A DNA stretch of 63,999 nt, the filler included, from Perkinsus chesapeaki ATCC PRA-425 (taxonomy: Eukaryota; Protista; Perkinsozoa), in the NCBI GenBank assembly GCA_013115145.1. It is 8 parts of 8 records of this genome, joined end to end, with 100 filler letters (N's around TTAATTAATTAA, not from the genome) between each part and the next. Parts side by side here need not be neighbours in the genome. Positions count along the whole stretch, not along the records: positions 29,820 to 46,052 come from JAAPAO010000709.1; positions 46,153 to 52,654 come from JAAPAO010001079.1; 6 more parts are not named here. One strand, 5' to 3'. Of the stretch, positions 35,940 through 48,040 are shown piece by piece (position 1 is the stretch's first letter; each line of letters begins with the position of its first letter). The notes below the pieces were generated by a model. The model was not told the origin of the DNA. It worked only from the letters and a program-made list of their open reading frames with translations, and ran no database searches. Both the position numbers and the translations under genes were made by a program.

Positions 35940-38514
35940 TTACCATACAAAGTTGTCATTGGAATTTTGCGCGCGCCCTGATGATCGATTATGATCAAAC
36001 GAGCACCTAAGGGAATCGAGAGCACTATCCCCGTGTTGCAGCGATTTGACTATGTCCGTCCAGCGGGGTCTCTTTCGCTTTACTCGGATTGTGAGATCTG
36101 GTGGTGGAGATGTTAAGCCAAGATGGACGCTTCCTAGCAAGGTAACGAAACTCTGATGCATAATTAAGTCCTTAACGGTGTTTTGAGAAATTCCTGTGTG
36201 GACTTCTTCTACCGAAGGACGGTATTGAGAATAATCGTTCAGGACTATTTGAAGTACTGCTATCAACCATCAATCCCTGATAAGCATTATTTTGGTGCCC
36301 ATTGGAACTATGTTCCAGCCACTATGTGGCTCAGAGCGAGAAGACCAGCCATGGAGAATATCGGTATGCTCCTTACGCAATACTATTTTGACTTCATCTG
36401 AATCTGAAATCTCTTCAGCAAAGTCTATGTATGGCGTGGTAAAGGAATCGGCACAGCAAGTAGTCCGACCATTGGGTCAATTCGTGCAGTATAACTGCCC
36501 AGGTTTTTTGCAAGTAATGAGTACCTAGTTTTTTGTTGACATAAAATTAGTTATTTTCTTAGAAAGTAGTAGCCGTCTTTGGCCTGTGGATGGCTTATTC
36601 ATTAACCCTAAGATACACTTATGGAGATATGAATAATAACTGGTAACGTACAGTAAGTACGTCCTATCCAACCATACCGCCGAGATAGGTTCTATTTGGA
36701 CAAGATGCATTCCTATGCCCAGGCCAATGAGCTCGCTGATAAGGGATTCTGGGACACGAGACAGCAGGCGCAAGCGAAGAAGGTAAGTTCAGGTTCGCCA
36801 ATTCCCATAGTTAAGTGATGCTTAGGAAAAGGAGTACAGCGATACCTGTAATAGACTTAACGATCTTTGGGATAAATCAATAGCTGAGGCCACAGAAGCG
36901 AGGAGCTTTGGCAAATTGTAGTCTGGAGATATCACCACTCGTGCTCGATACCACAATTTGTTGCAGATGCGAGGCATTGAAGGTTGATGAGGAGCAGCCA
37001 CTTCCTTTGGAGGGTGTCCCGGATAAGGTTCAATGTAATACGGTCAAGCAGTTGTACTCGGTAGATCAGTGACATTCAGGGAGATTTGGCCTCATCCCCT
37101 ACGGCGGCGATAATCCGGACACTCAACTTTTCCCTACTCCTGATGAGGAGCAGCCTGCTGGAGCATACCAAGTGAGCTGAATTCCGCCGGTCTTTTTTTC
37201 TAGTATTACATTACATTGTCAGTTCATGGATCCTTCAAGCTATGGTGATTACATTGAGAGGGTTGATAATAAGCCTAATCCCATCCGAAAAGCGAGGCAG
37301 ATCTTCACCAGTGCGTATATGCCTCCAACTAAGTAAAGCTAATATTTTGAAGAGATTCTGTGTTGGCGATGCTGATGATGATGACTACGACAACGCTGGA
37401 CACAGCTGTACGAGTTTTATGGTCGTTTCTTCGCGTGGATCCTCAGCGGTTGTGTTCCAAAGTAATGCATCGTTCCCTATAAGCTATGAATTTCACTTGT
37501 GCGGGAGCAACAGCATTCACTGAGAACTCCAATGGAAGGGTGTGCGTTGAACTCGTGAGCAACAAAGGGTGTCTCGCGAAGGAAGCACGCAGTGGTTTGG
37601 TGCTCAATTTTCAAAGGTATATAGAAGTCTGAATTCGAATTATAGACTAGGTTGCTCTCCCGGTTCGCGGAAGTCTAGCACGTAGTGGATCCGCTGGAGC
37701 TGCTCAACCTTTGCCATTTAGCGTGTAGATGGTTTATACTTTATCATGGTTTAACATATCATAAACTACGTCCTCGAGACCTCTATTGTTTCTTGTAACC
37801 CGTACAGTAATTACAACCCCTGTTGAACAGGGCCTATTCACTCGTCAATTTTAGCGCAACCAGCTCTTTCCATCGGAAGGGCGGGGCGGGTGCCTCCGAT
37901 GGGGAACGAGTCCATGATTCCGGATTCATCCTAAGGGCTTTATTTGTATGAATCTAAAGATCTTCTCGTACTTGCTGACAGCTGTTCTGTCGAACGAAAG
38001 TACAGTGGAGAAGATCAGCGCCAGGTGTTTAACGCCATTTATAAGGAAGGGTATGCTATAAAGCATATGAAGCTTAACTGGATGAACAACGGTGAGTTGG
38101 GAGTTATTCTACTTCATGTTGGAAGCATCCTTCAAAGGTATCGCTTCCTTCCTCACCTTCATGCGGTTTGGAACTGCATTAACAGTCAAAAGTCTTGGGA
38201 TCTTTTGGAAGATTTTGCCAACGGTAGTTTGAGTTTTACTTCACGGAGTTGACTCCCGCTATGTTTTCAGAGACCCACTCCCTTCAACCCCCTCACGGAT
38301 GGACTCCAGGGTCCACAATCAATGGGAAACCCGTTAAGGGAAGTTTCTGATTTAACAAGCGGCGCTCTGCTTGTGCCGCACAAGCTGTGCACCGCTTTTG
38401 AGGAGAAGCAATTCCCAGATCGATATTCGCTTTTATAGCCGCTTGTCTCAGGGGTGGTAAATGCCCGGCAGCACATTCAGCCCCTTCGACTCGATGTATG
38501 TTCCTAGAAGTCAT
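35940..38514 (-). CDS. Hypothetical multi-exon gene
   Basis: Successive short open segments separated by GT-AG introns (e.g. ...NAVPNRMK|NNSQLTVVHP...); CTAC motif near start; no family recognised. Confidence 0.35.
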
Positions 38515-41500
38515 CTTCCCTCTGTTTGGTCTTAGTCGCCTTCACGCTCTTCTCGACCACAACATACGTTCTGTGTTAACAACATAATCCTAGGCAGATT
38601 CAAACTAGATTTTCCACAAACTTCAACAAGTCAACCTTCATGGTTTCAGAATCTTTCTAAATCGGCCATGTGCGTTCGATGAAGTCCGTTGCTCCGTGTT
38701 AACAGCCGGTTCCTTCCGCGTTGCTAGCTGAATGTGCTGAACGAGTGATGTGAGTCTCCGCAAAGAATCGTTACTGGTGAGACTCTGGAGTCACTGGTGA
38801 CACTGTGTCGCGCGAACGCGCCAGACCACACCCGAAAAATATCTTGCATGCAAATGCAAGAAGATGAACAAAAATCCGTGCCGCTCGATTTTGTAAATTA
38901 ATTACATATTGATTCCATGCCTACCCCAACCCTCCATGATGCAGGCCTTGCTCAAGGCGAATTAACTGGGAAGCCACGCTCTGTGATTGAGACGGTAAAG
39001 CTTGCAGCTAGCCGGCTCGCTGAGGTTAGACGACATCAACAAGCCTTTACACCAGTTATTGCCCGAGAGGATCCAGACGTAAGCCCAACAGAAACGCCTC
39101 AGTCTCGAAGTGAGGTTTTCAGGGGTCCATAGCAAGAATTCGCAGTGAGCTGCAGAATGTCCATGAGCGTCGGAGATTGGAGAGGTTACAAGCGGAACAA
39201 CGCCAAGCCAATAACGATTTTTCTGGAATTGATGAGGGTGTTCCTATTACGCAGGTTATGCGTGAAGACCTCGTGAGAGGGACTGAGGGTGACCAAAGAT
39301 TGAAAGAATGGCTCGATAAATATGTCAACTCATCCCAGTCATCCTCCGTCACGACAAGTTGAAGATGAATTTGAATTCGACAAAAGTGTTTTATGTGTAT
39401 CCTTTTGGTGCCTCTATCGGCAAGTTGTTTTTTATATTTCTGGTACGTAGTCTTTTCTAGTTGCTATCGTCATCATTTGACTGTTCTTTGTGTATAGCAT
39501 GGAACATAAGTGAACAATTGCATGGATGCTGAGTTAGTGACTTTGTAAACAATTCAACTGTTCAAGTTGATTAGTAATTAACAACCGTCAACAGTCTAAC
39601 AAACAACTGAACGTGAAACAACTGCCATATTAAACGGGAACGCCTAGCACTATGCTGCAGCTATGACTCGTAGTCTGTGAGTCCCTAGGGCCCATCCACT
39701 TGATGGAAGAGGAGCCATGGTTGAGGGGTGGGAATTTTAGCAGCCAGTATACACAGGTTCGAGTATTGGTTCGACTGAGACTTTTACTGCCATTTCACAA
39801 GCTACGAGCGCTATGAACGGGAAAGGATGTATAAGCAATTTTCAGTCAACGATCTTCAACCGTCTTGCTAAACCCGTATGAGTGGTGACATTGACGACCT
39901 ACCGAGTGCAGACTGCACTGCACTGTGCAGTGCACTGCAGTGGTCCTTCTTGAACAGGCACCTTCTACTGAAATTGCTCAAGTGTCCCACAGTGTGCCCG
40001 GCAATGCCGGGCCGACACACGAAGGGAACATCGAGTGTCAATTGGGGGGAAGTATCACAGTGATACTATCACCCTCGTCGTATGCCTAACACGCATTGCC
40101 TGCCATCAACGCTACATCATGAAGTGCATGACATGAACCCACATAAGCCATTTGAGAAGCTCGATCGAGTCAAGCGCGCGAAGTTCGCGCCGCAAACAGA
40201 GATTTCCACTTCAAACCAGTGAGTAGTTAGTAACTACCGAGTAGCTAAATATTACGGATCTATCTGCCATATTACGTGTGTCCGTTATCAATCATTATGG
40301 TCCGTCAACCTAGTCTTACTTGTTAATTGTAACTCTTGTCTTCTGTTTTAGTTGAAGAAAGAACAGTACTTTCATATTCTTTACTGTAGCCGTTGTGTCA
40401 TAAAGTATTGCGTCGTTTTAAAGAAGAATGTAGAGGAAGGTGTTTAGTACATATCTTTAGCTTTCTCGAATCTGACCAACTCCGCCCGACCAACCAACTG
40501 ACTCGAATCGAATCGAGCCAACCAATCATTGGTCACCAATGTGTACCTCAAGAAATTTCTCAGCCTTCGCACTAAATTTCACGGTATGGGTCAATTTTGA
40601 ACTCAACTGAATGGGCTTCACGGAAAACTTCACTGTGCAATAGTGAGCAGTAATACCATCGTTACAATGAATAAGATTATCACGCACCATAACCCGCAGT
40701 TATTATGACGCGTGAGAACTTGAGAAAGACGGCCTCGGTTGTATGCAAGAGAATTCTGTGTTAGCGATGCTTGGTCATTCAACCCATCCAACAACTCGTT
40801 ATGAAGAGCAATCTGAAAAGCTGAACAATTCGTATAGTATACGGCAATGGCTCCGCACCTCCTCAGATATCGCTACGGACATGGTATTCAAGTTGCTTAC
40901 TGTACCCTCAAGCTCGTTCAGCTGCTCGTCTTGGTCCGCCATCATTCTATCTTGGACTGAAATATCACAGTATTGCTTAATGTTGCCTGGGCTCTAGAGC
41001 CCAGTTACTGGGTCCCAGTGTAGCTAACACCTTGCATAAGTTCTCTGTTGGATAAAGTTTCATGATAGTTGTCTGGTAGAGGCACTGCGATGTTGTTGGG
41101 CACATTCGAAGTTCGAGCCGGTGTGACGGTTTGCATGTCCCGAAACAAAATCTGAGTATATAAGGCAGTAAATTCACGAAGTCAACGATGACTGTTCACA
41201 AACTACCAACATTTTTCAACAGTGACTATTACAGCGCCGTACACGGAGATTTGGTTCAGTTCGATTTCGTACCCCTCGAACTCGTACACCCGAGGGCTCG
41301 TACACTTCTATGATTTTTTCAGTTCAATAGGGAGATCACTAGCTTTTTTTATCTAGAGGTCGACTCGACCTGGTCGAGTGTCCAAATCTCATAGGCGACA
41401 TAACTGGCAAACTTCGTCTGTCCGGCGGAGCGACTAGCAATTTGTGGGGGAAAAAGTGAGTCTTATCCCAATTATTAGTCGATTCTTAGTTCCAAAATTG

Positions 41501-41540
41501 GTTTACTGAACGAGCGGAATGCAACATGAAGTTTCGTAGT

Positions 41541-41625
41541 CAGAGTGTTCTAGTGGTATAAGGCTCATCAGATGAGCCTCATCTCGCACGGGGAGGTGGT
41601 TGGTTCGAATCTGGCCAGGAGTATT
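41541..41625 (+). other. Degenerate tRNA-like (SINE-head-like) sequence
   Basis: A-box-like TCTAGTGG, B box GGTTCGAATC at 41602-41611; stems poor; interrupted by hairpin 41561-41579. Confidence 0.5.
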
Positions 41626-41739
41626 TTCAGTTCATGGGAGTGTGCAGAGCTGAAAGTTTGGGGTCACCCCAATGGGGTGTCTAAGCTGGAGTTGTATTAG
41701 ATTTGTAGTAAAATTTTAAATTTCAATTTTGAATCTTAG

Positions 41740-42010
41740 AATTTTTCGAGTGTACGAAATGAATGTGTACGAGATATGCTTGTGCGAAAAAATGTGGATT
41801 GAGATTCTGGTGTACAAAATCGGGGTGAGATAATAGTGAACGTACTTTTGGTAGTCGAGCTGCCGATGGTCTGAATTTCAGACCTGAATTTCAGTTCGCT
41901 CCTATTCAGACTCTGAATAGGAGCGAACGTGCACGTGTTTCAGGCAATCGAGTGGAGTGTGAACGTGATTTATGAGGTGAACGTTTATGAGGTTCGTTTA
42001 TGTGTGAACG
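41740..42010 (+). repeat. Copy 1 of an interspersed CGTACAC-rich repeat family
   Basis: Aligns to the reverse complement of 59520-59830 (shared gagataatagtgaacgtacttttggtagtcga and gatatgcttgtg.gaaaaaa). Confidence 0.85.
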
Positions 42011-42245
42011 TTTATTTATCAAACATCAAGTCGACGTGTTTTATGTGTACAAATCGTTATACACCGACGATAACATATACGGTACTTCTCGTTCTTCTCG
42101 ACTTCGGCATTAAAGGTGATAGGACTTTGACTTGCCCGCTTGTAAGCGCACATGCCCGCTCTGGGAGAGTGATTATCGGATGACGTCATGTGATCTTGAC
42201 GCAGTCTACCGCTTGTTTAGCAACTTGAATCGAGAACGACCCAAA

Positions 42246-42292
42246 TCTGCATTGCATGCAGAAGGCCCCGAGTTCAAACCTCGGCACGTCCA
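42246..42292 (+). pseudogene. 3' half of tRNA-Ala(TGC), 5'-truncated leftmost unit of the array
   Basis: Anticodon arm through discriminator identical to array copies; followed by the same 75-nt spacer. Confidence 0.85.
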
Positions 42293-42372
42293 CTACTGAC
42301 AGTGTACATATCACAAGTTAGCGAAAGACCAAACACGAGTGCACTAGGAACGCCATGCAGCACCATCGGGCG

Positions 42373-45072
42373 GATCTGAAGTGCAGGCGGGTACCTTACT
42401 GAGCTTAGCATTGCCAGCGACATCGAAGCAGCTAGCTACACAAGAACCCGAAGATGCAGTTCCACCCCAGACAAGGCTTCAGTATGCTACACTGCGGCGG
42501 GCTTTTCTGAACGATTTCACACGGCATCGCAGTGACCTAGAGAGAGAGCTCGGTTCCATCACAGCCACCAAAAGCCTGAGTATCGATCACACCAGAGCTG
42601 GAGCTTCTATATCAATGGATAACAAGCTTGGCTACCTGGTGGCTTTGATAGCTGATGAGGGTTTCATTATGAGTGTCCTGGCGGTAGGTTCGTGCTCACT
42701 TGGGGAGCTTGCTACGGGATTACGAGAACTCAAAGGGCGAGTTCCCGTTGACAATAATGGTGATCCACGTGAGCCGTATTTCACCGTCTACTTGGATAGA
42801 GGATGCTGCGGCCGGGAGGGGGAGGCTGTTAAACGGTTGTTCATCAAGAATACCGGTTGTACTGTTAATCTTCGAGTTCGACTAGACTGCCTACATGCTC
42901 AAATGAGACTTACTCGCAGTGTCTCCTCAACGAACCACTGCCGCTTCGGGTTGTTCTGTAGAAGGATAGCGCGAGCTTTTTTCTGCTCGTCGAAGGAGGA
43001 TGAAGAGAAGGCCAGGGCCGAGCATATTCAGAAAGGCGGAGACGGTCACCTCAGCCATGAGCAAAAAAGGAAACGAGTGCGAAGATTCATACCACAGCCA
43101 GAGTTACTAGAGAGCCGATTGGCGAAGGTGGTACAGCACTTCTACAGGCTCGATATTGACAGCGAATCTCATCATCCGGCCAGTAGTACGAGCGACATGC
43201 TGCAACAGAAGCTCTCCGAGCCGTTGCTCGGAGCATCGTTCTGGCCGACATACCGCAGCCTTCTCGGCCATGTGAAGGCCGGTTGCCTCAGCGATTTTAA
43301 CGCTGAGGAGGTTTGCACCTTGGACGCGTCCGGTTCATTCCGGTGGTGTCGCGGCACAAACCGCAGTGAAAACCGGCATGGAGTATGGAGGAGAGACCTG
43401 TCCGGCGTGAGCATTTTGTCACCGACTATGATGGACGCCCGGTTGTTATGGCGAGGCGTTTTCGCGAACCGCCGCCTTCAAAACAAGCTCGACCCTGACG
43501 TGCAAACTCTCCCGATACCACTGGCGCCCAAAGAGGCCGGGTCGCAATTGCGGGGCCGGGTGAAGCTCAGCGATAACCCTGTAACGTTTGGGTCGGAATA
43601 TCTTAAGGCTACCAACGAGAAGCCCTGTCAGACGACATTTTGTGAATGGTTACGAGAAGGCAATACAGGAGAGGACGAGGCAACTGAAGGGAAAGAACAC
43701 TGCCAAGGTGAATATGAAGATGAGGGTTCCGACGATGGTTCATCGGTGTCCAGCGATACGGCTGAGAGCGCATCTGACATTGGTGAAAGGCTCAGGTCTC
43801 TTATGAATTCTGGGACTACTAAAGGCAAGATTCTCAAAATGACTGGACCGCGTGCTGCGCCACATCCGGTCCCTCTGTCGAAATGGACTCCGTTGGTTAA
43901 AGGCATTATCGGAGAGCTGGTCGCGGAAGTCGGCCATCAGAAGCCTGATGAGATCTATAAGCGCTACCAGAAAAGAGCCTTCAGTGAGCTACACGATGCC
44001 CTGGAAGGAAAATCTGATAAGCCTCCCCTACCCCTCCATGATGTCACTCCGCAGGACATCAGAGTGTACGCCCGTGAACTGTGTCGACTCCGCTCACATG
44101 TCCCTATCACTGTGAATGCTATGCAACAAGAAGTGATGCTGGAGCGAGAATTCCGAGTGCAGGATAGCCAGCAAGATATCGTTAGAGCCGAAATCAAGAG
44201 CGCTGTTGTGAATCTGGTAGGCAATAACCCTCCGGATCGTCCTGCACCAGTCACCGGAGACGACATTGTTAATGACTGGAAGGGGCAGAAGGCAAGAAAA
44301 GATAAAGTGAAGGATAAACCAGAGCCTCCACCGGAAAGAGATGCCTTGTCGGAAAGATGCCAACAAAAGGAGAATGACTCCCAGAATGGTAATAATATTA
44401 TGAGTAGAATAGGAGTAATGAACTAATATGCGTAGGTAATATAGGTAGAGGTGGGATAATGAGCATGGTATGTAAGTTCTGTAAGAAGCCCAAGGCGAAG
44501 GGCTACAATGATCATGACTACAGCGACGGAAGCCGTTACGGAATATGCCCCATGCAGCCGCAGAAAGACATGCCCGATCCTGCAGTTGTGGCCTATGCTC
44601 GTGGTTCAGCGAAGGAGTTGCTGGTGGAAGGTATCAACGTGAAGAAGGGCACACGGCACTGTCGATTATGTGGTATACCTCTGAGCGCGGTTATACGAGA
44701 TAAGGAGGGCAATTTCCTTCCTGGTCACGAGAGGTTTTCGGACGAAGAGCTTGTTTTCCACGACTGATTTTATGTTCATATGGTCAGGTTCATTGCTAAG
44801 AAGGCGAGGAGTGATACCGCCTCGCCGTGAACGAGGCTCGCTACACGAGCAAATGCAGCATGGTGAATATAAACGCAAACTTGAAGTTTGACGACACCAA
44901 TAAAGCACTCTTTCATTTACTGTGAGGTGTTGGATTGAAATCTATCAGGATAGTGGGGTTTTCGAACTTTGAATAGTGTTAGATGGGATATTGCAGCCAT
45001 AATAATCCTTTTTTTCTTCTTCTTTTCTCCCCCCCTTTTCCCCCTTCCTTTTCTCGATTTTTCCACCCAGCC
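42373..45072 (+). mobile_element. Dada-type DNA transposon inserted in a tRNA-Ala gene; left end deleted
   Basis: Left flank is spacer + tRNA nt 1-5 (GGGCG, 42368-42372); right flank resumes at tRNA nt 7 (45073). Interior encodes a DDE transposase. Confidence 0.8.
42381..44767 (+). CDS. Dada-like transposase, 5'-truncated; join(<42381..44388,44436..44767)
   Basis: SIDHT, YLDRGCC, RLDCLHAQMR (DxxH) and RGTNRSENRH motifs. A 47-nt phase-1 GT-AG intron (44389-44435) joins in frame to the exon with CKFC..H..C and CRLC..GH zinc-finger motifs. Confidence 0.8.
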
Positions 45073-45138
45073 GTGGTGTAGTGGTATCACGTCTGCTTTG
45101 CATGCAGAAGGCCCCGAGTTCAAACCTCGGCACGTCCA
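45073..45138 (+). pseudogene. tRNA-Ala(TGC) disrupted by the transposon (nt 7-72 remain)
   Basis: Acceptor 5' strand replaced by the transposon end ccacccagcc. Confidence 0.85.
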
Positions 45139-45213
45139 CTACCAACTGTATACATATCACAAGTTAGCTAATAACCAAACATGAGTACACTAGGAACGCC
45201 ATGCAGCACCATC

Positions 45214-45285
45214 GGGCGTGTGGTGTAGTGGTATCATGTCTGCTTCGCATGCAGAAGGGCCCGAGTTCAAGTCTCGGCACGTCCA
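45214..45285 (+). tRNA. trnA: tRNA-Ala(CGC)
   Basis: GGGCGTG/CACGTCC acceptor, TCTGC-TTCGCAT-GCAGA anticodon arm, CCGAG-TTCAAGT-CTCGG T arm. Confidence 0.9.
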
Positions 45286-45360
45286 CTACTGATAGTGTAC
45301 ATATCACAAGTTACCGAAAGACCAAACATGAGTGCACTAGGAACGCCATGCAGCACCATC

Positions 45361-45432
45361 GGGCGTGTGGTGTAGTGGTATCACGTCTGCTTCGCATGCA
45401 GAAGGCCCCGAGTTCAAACCTCGGCACGTCCA
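45361..45432 (+). tRNA. trnA: tRNA-Ala(CGC)
   Basis: Complete cloverleaf, loop TTCGCAT. Confidence 0.93.
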
Positions 45433-45507
45433 CTACCAACTGTATACATATCACAAGTTAGCTAATAACCAAACATGAGTACATTAGGAACGCTATGCAG
45501 CACCATT

Positions 45508-45579
45508 GGGCGTGTGGTGTAGTGGTATCACGTCTGCTTTGCATGCAGAAGGCCCCGAGTTCAAACCTCGGCACGTCCA
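45508..45579 (+). tRNA. trnA: tRNA-Ala(TGC)
   Basis: Complete cloverleaf, loop TTTGCAT. Confidence 0.93.
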
Positions 45580-45654
45580 CTACTGACAGTGTACATATCA
45601 CAAGTTACCGAAAGACCAAACATGAGTGCACTAGGAACGCATTGCAGCACCATC

Positions 45655-45726
45655 GGGCGTGTGGTGTAGTGGTATCATGTCTGCTTCGCATGCAGAAGGG
45701 CCCGAGTTCAAATCTCGGCACGTCCA
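45655..45726 (+). tRNA. trnA: tRNA-Ala(CGC)
   Basis: Complete cloverleaf; shares variants atcatgtc and gaagggccc with the 45214 copy. Confidence 0.9.
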
Positions 45727-45801
45727 CTACTAACTATATAAATATCGCAAGTTAGCGAATAACCAAACATGAGTGCACTAGGAACGCTATGCAGCACCAT
45801 C

Positions 45802-45873
45802 GGGCGTGTGGTGTAGTGGTATCACGTCTGCTTTGCATGCAGAAGGCCCCGAGTTCAAACCTCGGCACGTCCA
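45802..45873 (+). tRNA. trnA: tRNA-Ala(TGC)
   Basis: Complete cloverleaf, loop TTTGCAT. Confidence 0.93.
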
Positions 45874-45985
45874 CTACCAACTGTATACATATCACACCTC
45901 GGCTCGTCCACTACTAACTGTATACATACCACAAGTTAGCGAAAGACTAAACGTGAGTGCACTAGGAACGCCATGCAGCACCATC

Positions 45986-46052
45986 GGGCGAGTGGTGTAG
46001 TGGTATCACGTCTGCTTCGCATGCAGAAGGCCCCGAGTTCAAACCTCGGCAC
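45986..46052 (+). tRNA. trnA: tRNA-Ala(CGC), cut by gap, T6A acceptor change
   Basis: GGGCGAG start, otherwise identical to array copies up to the N run. Confidence 0.7.
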
Positions 46053-47780
46053 NNNNNNNNNNNNNNNNNNNNNNNNNNNNNNNNNNNNNNNNNNNNTTAA
46101 TTAATTAANNNNNNNNNNNNNNNNNNNNNNNNNNNNNNNNNNNNNNNNNNNNGGAACGACAAACGCCAGGGCGTGAATCTTCGTTGGCGGCTCCTCCAAG
46201 GTCATCTAAAGGAATCCATGACATCTTGGTACACCATTCATGAACGCCTATCAGTTGCCCTCAGGCCCGCCGGGCGGCCGCGGGATGAAACACGTATAGT
46301 CCTCATATCATATGAGGGGAACTCACCTGGTATTGGGCGATTGCTATCTGAAAAGCTGCTCGCTGATGAGAGCCCAAGGGTGACAAGGTCCTGGTGATCC
46401 TCAGTATCAAAGGCGATGCTCTCGTTGTCCTTATTCTCCGACACCGAGCCTGGAAGCTCCGAACCGGTATCCGAGTGGCTGTACTCCGTGGAGCAGTAAG
46501 ACTCGGAGTCAGAGCTAGTTTGATCGCCTAATACGCTCTCCTCAACGTCTCCCTCTCGCTATTCTCATCGTCTCTTACTATGCATAAACATTTAATGCTT
46601 AACATTAAACAATAAACAGTGTAACCAACGACGGCTCCTGCTCAAACTGCAGCTGCTGCAGTGCCATGCAGCGGAATATATTGTTTCCGTCGAAATAAGT
46701 TTCGTAAAACAGTTATTTAGAAGATTCCGTTCTCGATAACGCGGAGTGAACAATATCAAGTTGATATTATCAACCGCCAATTCCACGAAATTTCATGAAA
46801 TAATGAGGAGTCCTCATTGTCAATGAGTCATTGAGGACGGATAAGGGCGCGTGTGTAACACGGTGTTTAACACTGGGTGTTACCATCGTCGTCTTCCTCG
46901 GCGCTTCTGATGAGCGCGCGATGCAGAACTCTCTGCGGATCTAAAGGAAAGTCTCTCAGAGATAAAAAGTATATCAAGGAATGTTGTCGGTTCAATACTT
47001 AACGTCGTCGTCCCCACTAGACTCATCGTCATCAGCCGAGACACTGATCGAGGTAAGCCCTTCGATGAAAGAGTATACTCTGGATCTCTCTACGGGCTCA
47101 AGCGGGCCAGGACCAATTATCCGTGCCCCGTGGGGCAGCGGGGGTGCGTCAGCATCACCTTCGTTCAACCCAAGCTGGCGTGGAAGATTTAGATGCCGAC
47201 GGATATATGAATCATCAGTTTGCAACGCCGTTGCTGCCGTGTAACTGAGGCAAGCTGACAGCCTCATATTTGTGAATCGCTGACGCACCTGGGCCTCCCT
47301 CGGGGTAGCGTTCCCGCGACACGAACTTGATGCAACGAAGCCTCCTTGCAGCATCCCTCGAGTAACATTACGCCGAGTGCGTGGCGACAAAATATGTATT
47401 TGGCGTCGCTGCATGTACATACTGGTGGGGTATTACCAGAAGTTCAGAAACCACAAGAAACCAGAAGCCCTCAGCGTCCTCGCTGAGGCTCCGTTCACTA
47501 GCCTCTCGAATTGACGTTGTTAGTTCTTCTGTGGATAGGGTTCTGATCAGATGAATGTAGGAATAAAAGCATGGATGTGTGGAGTGTGAGTATTACTCAC
47601 CGAGTAGAGTCTTAGTCGAGAGAATTGATACTAATCGCTAATTCTGGTGCATTTCTATCACAAGTCGTAGCTTTGGCATATTTGCGACTGTTGAAGCTTG
47701 TGTCACTAGTCCTACTCACTCCTAGCCGAAGGCAGAGTTTCCACTCCCGAGAAAGTCGAGTTGCGCGATAATGAGAGGAC

Positions 47781-48040
47781 ATCGCCCGATAATAACCCTC
47801 ATCTCCCGATAATAATCCCCATCGCCCGATAGTAACCCCCACCGTCCGATAATAACCCTCATCGCTCGATAATAACCGTAGAGGAAGGTTTTTTTATAAA
47901 AAATCAGTATTGCCGATAATAACCCTCACTGCCCGATAATAACCTCGAGGCCCGACGGGTAGAGCCGAAACCCGAACTGTTATTCAGGAAAACCCGAAAC
48001 CCGAACTGTTATACTGGTAAACCCGAATCAAACCCGAAGA
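47781..48040. repeat. 20-bp tandem repeat (atcgcccgataataaccctc, 5 + about 2 copies) followed by AAACCCGAA repeats
   Basis: Units at 47781, 47801, 47821, 47841, 47861 and near 47910-47945. Confidence 0.85.

Larger units (their letters stand above)
45067..46052 (+). repeat. Tandem tRNA-Ala array, 147-bp period (72-nt tRNA + 75-nt spacer), continues into gap
   Basis: Starts at 45214, 45361, 45508, 45655, 45802, 45986 (37-nt duplication before the last). Confidence 0.97.

Noticed and set aside
44917-46000. Repeated short ORFs such as MQHHRACGVVVS
   Set aside because: Incidental translations of the tRNA array.
45067-46052. Regular repeat-spacer pattern suggesting a CRISPR array
   Set aside because: Spacers are near-identical, the repeats are tRNA-Ala genes, the context is eukaryotic and there are no cas genes.
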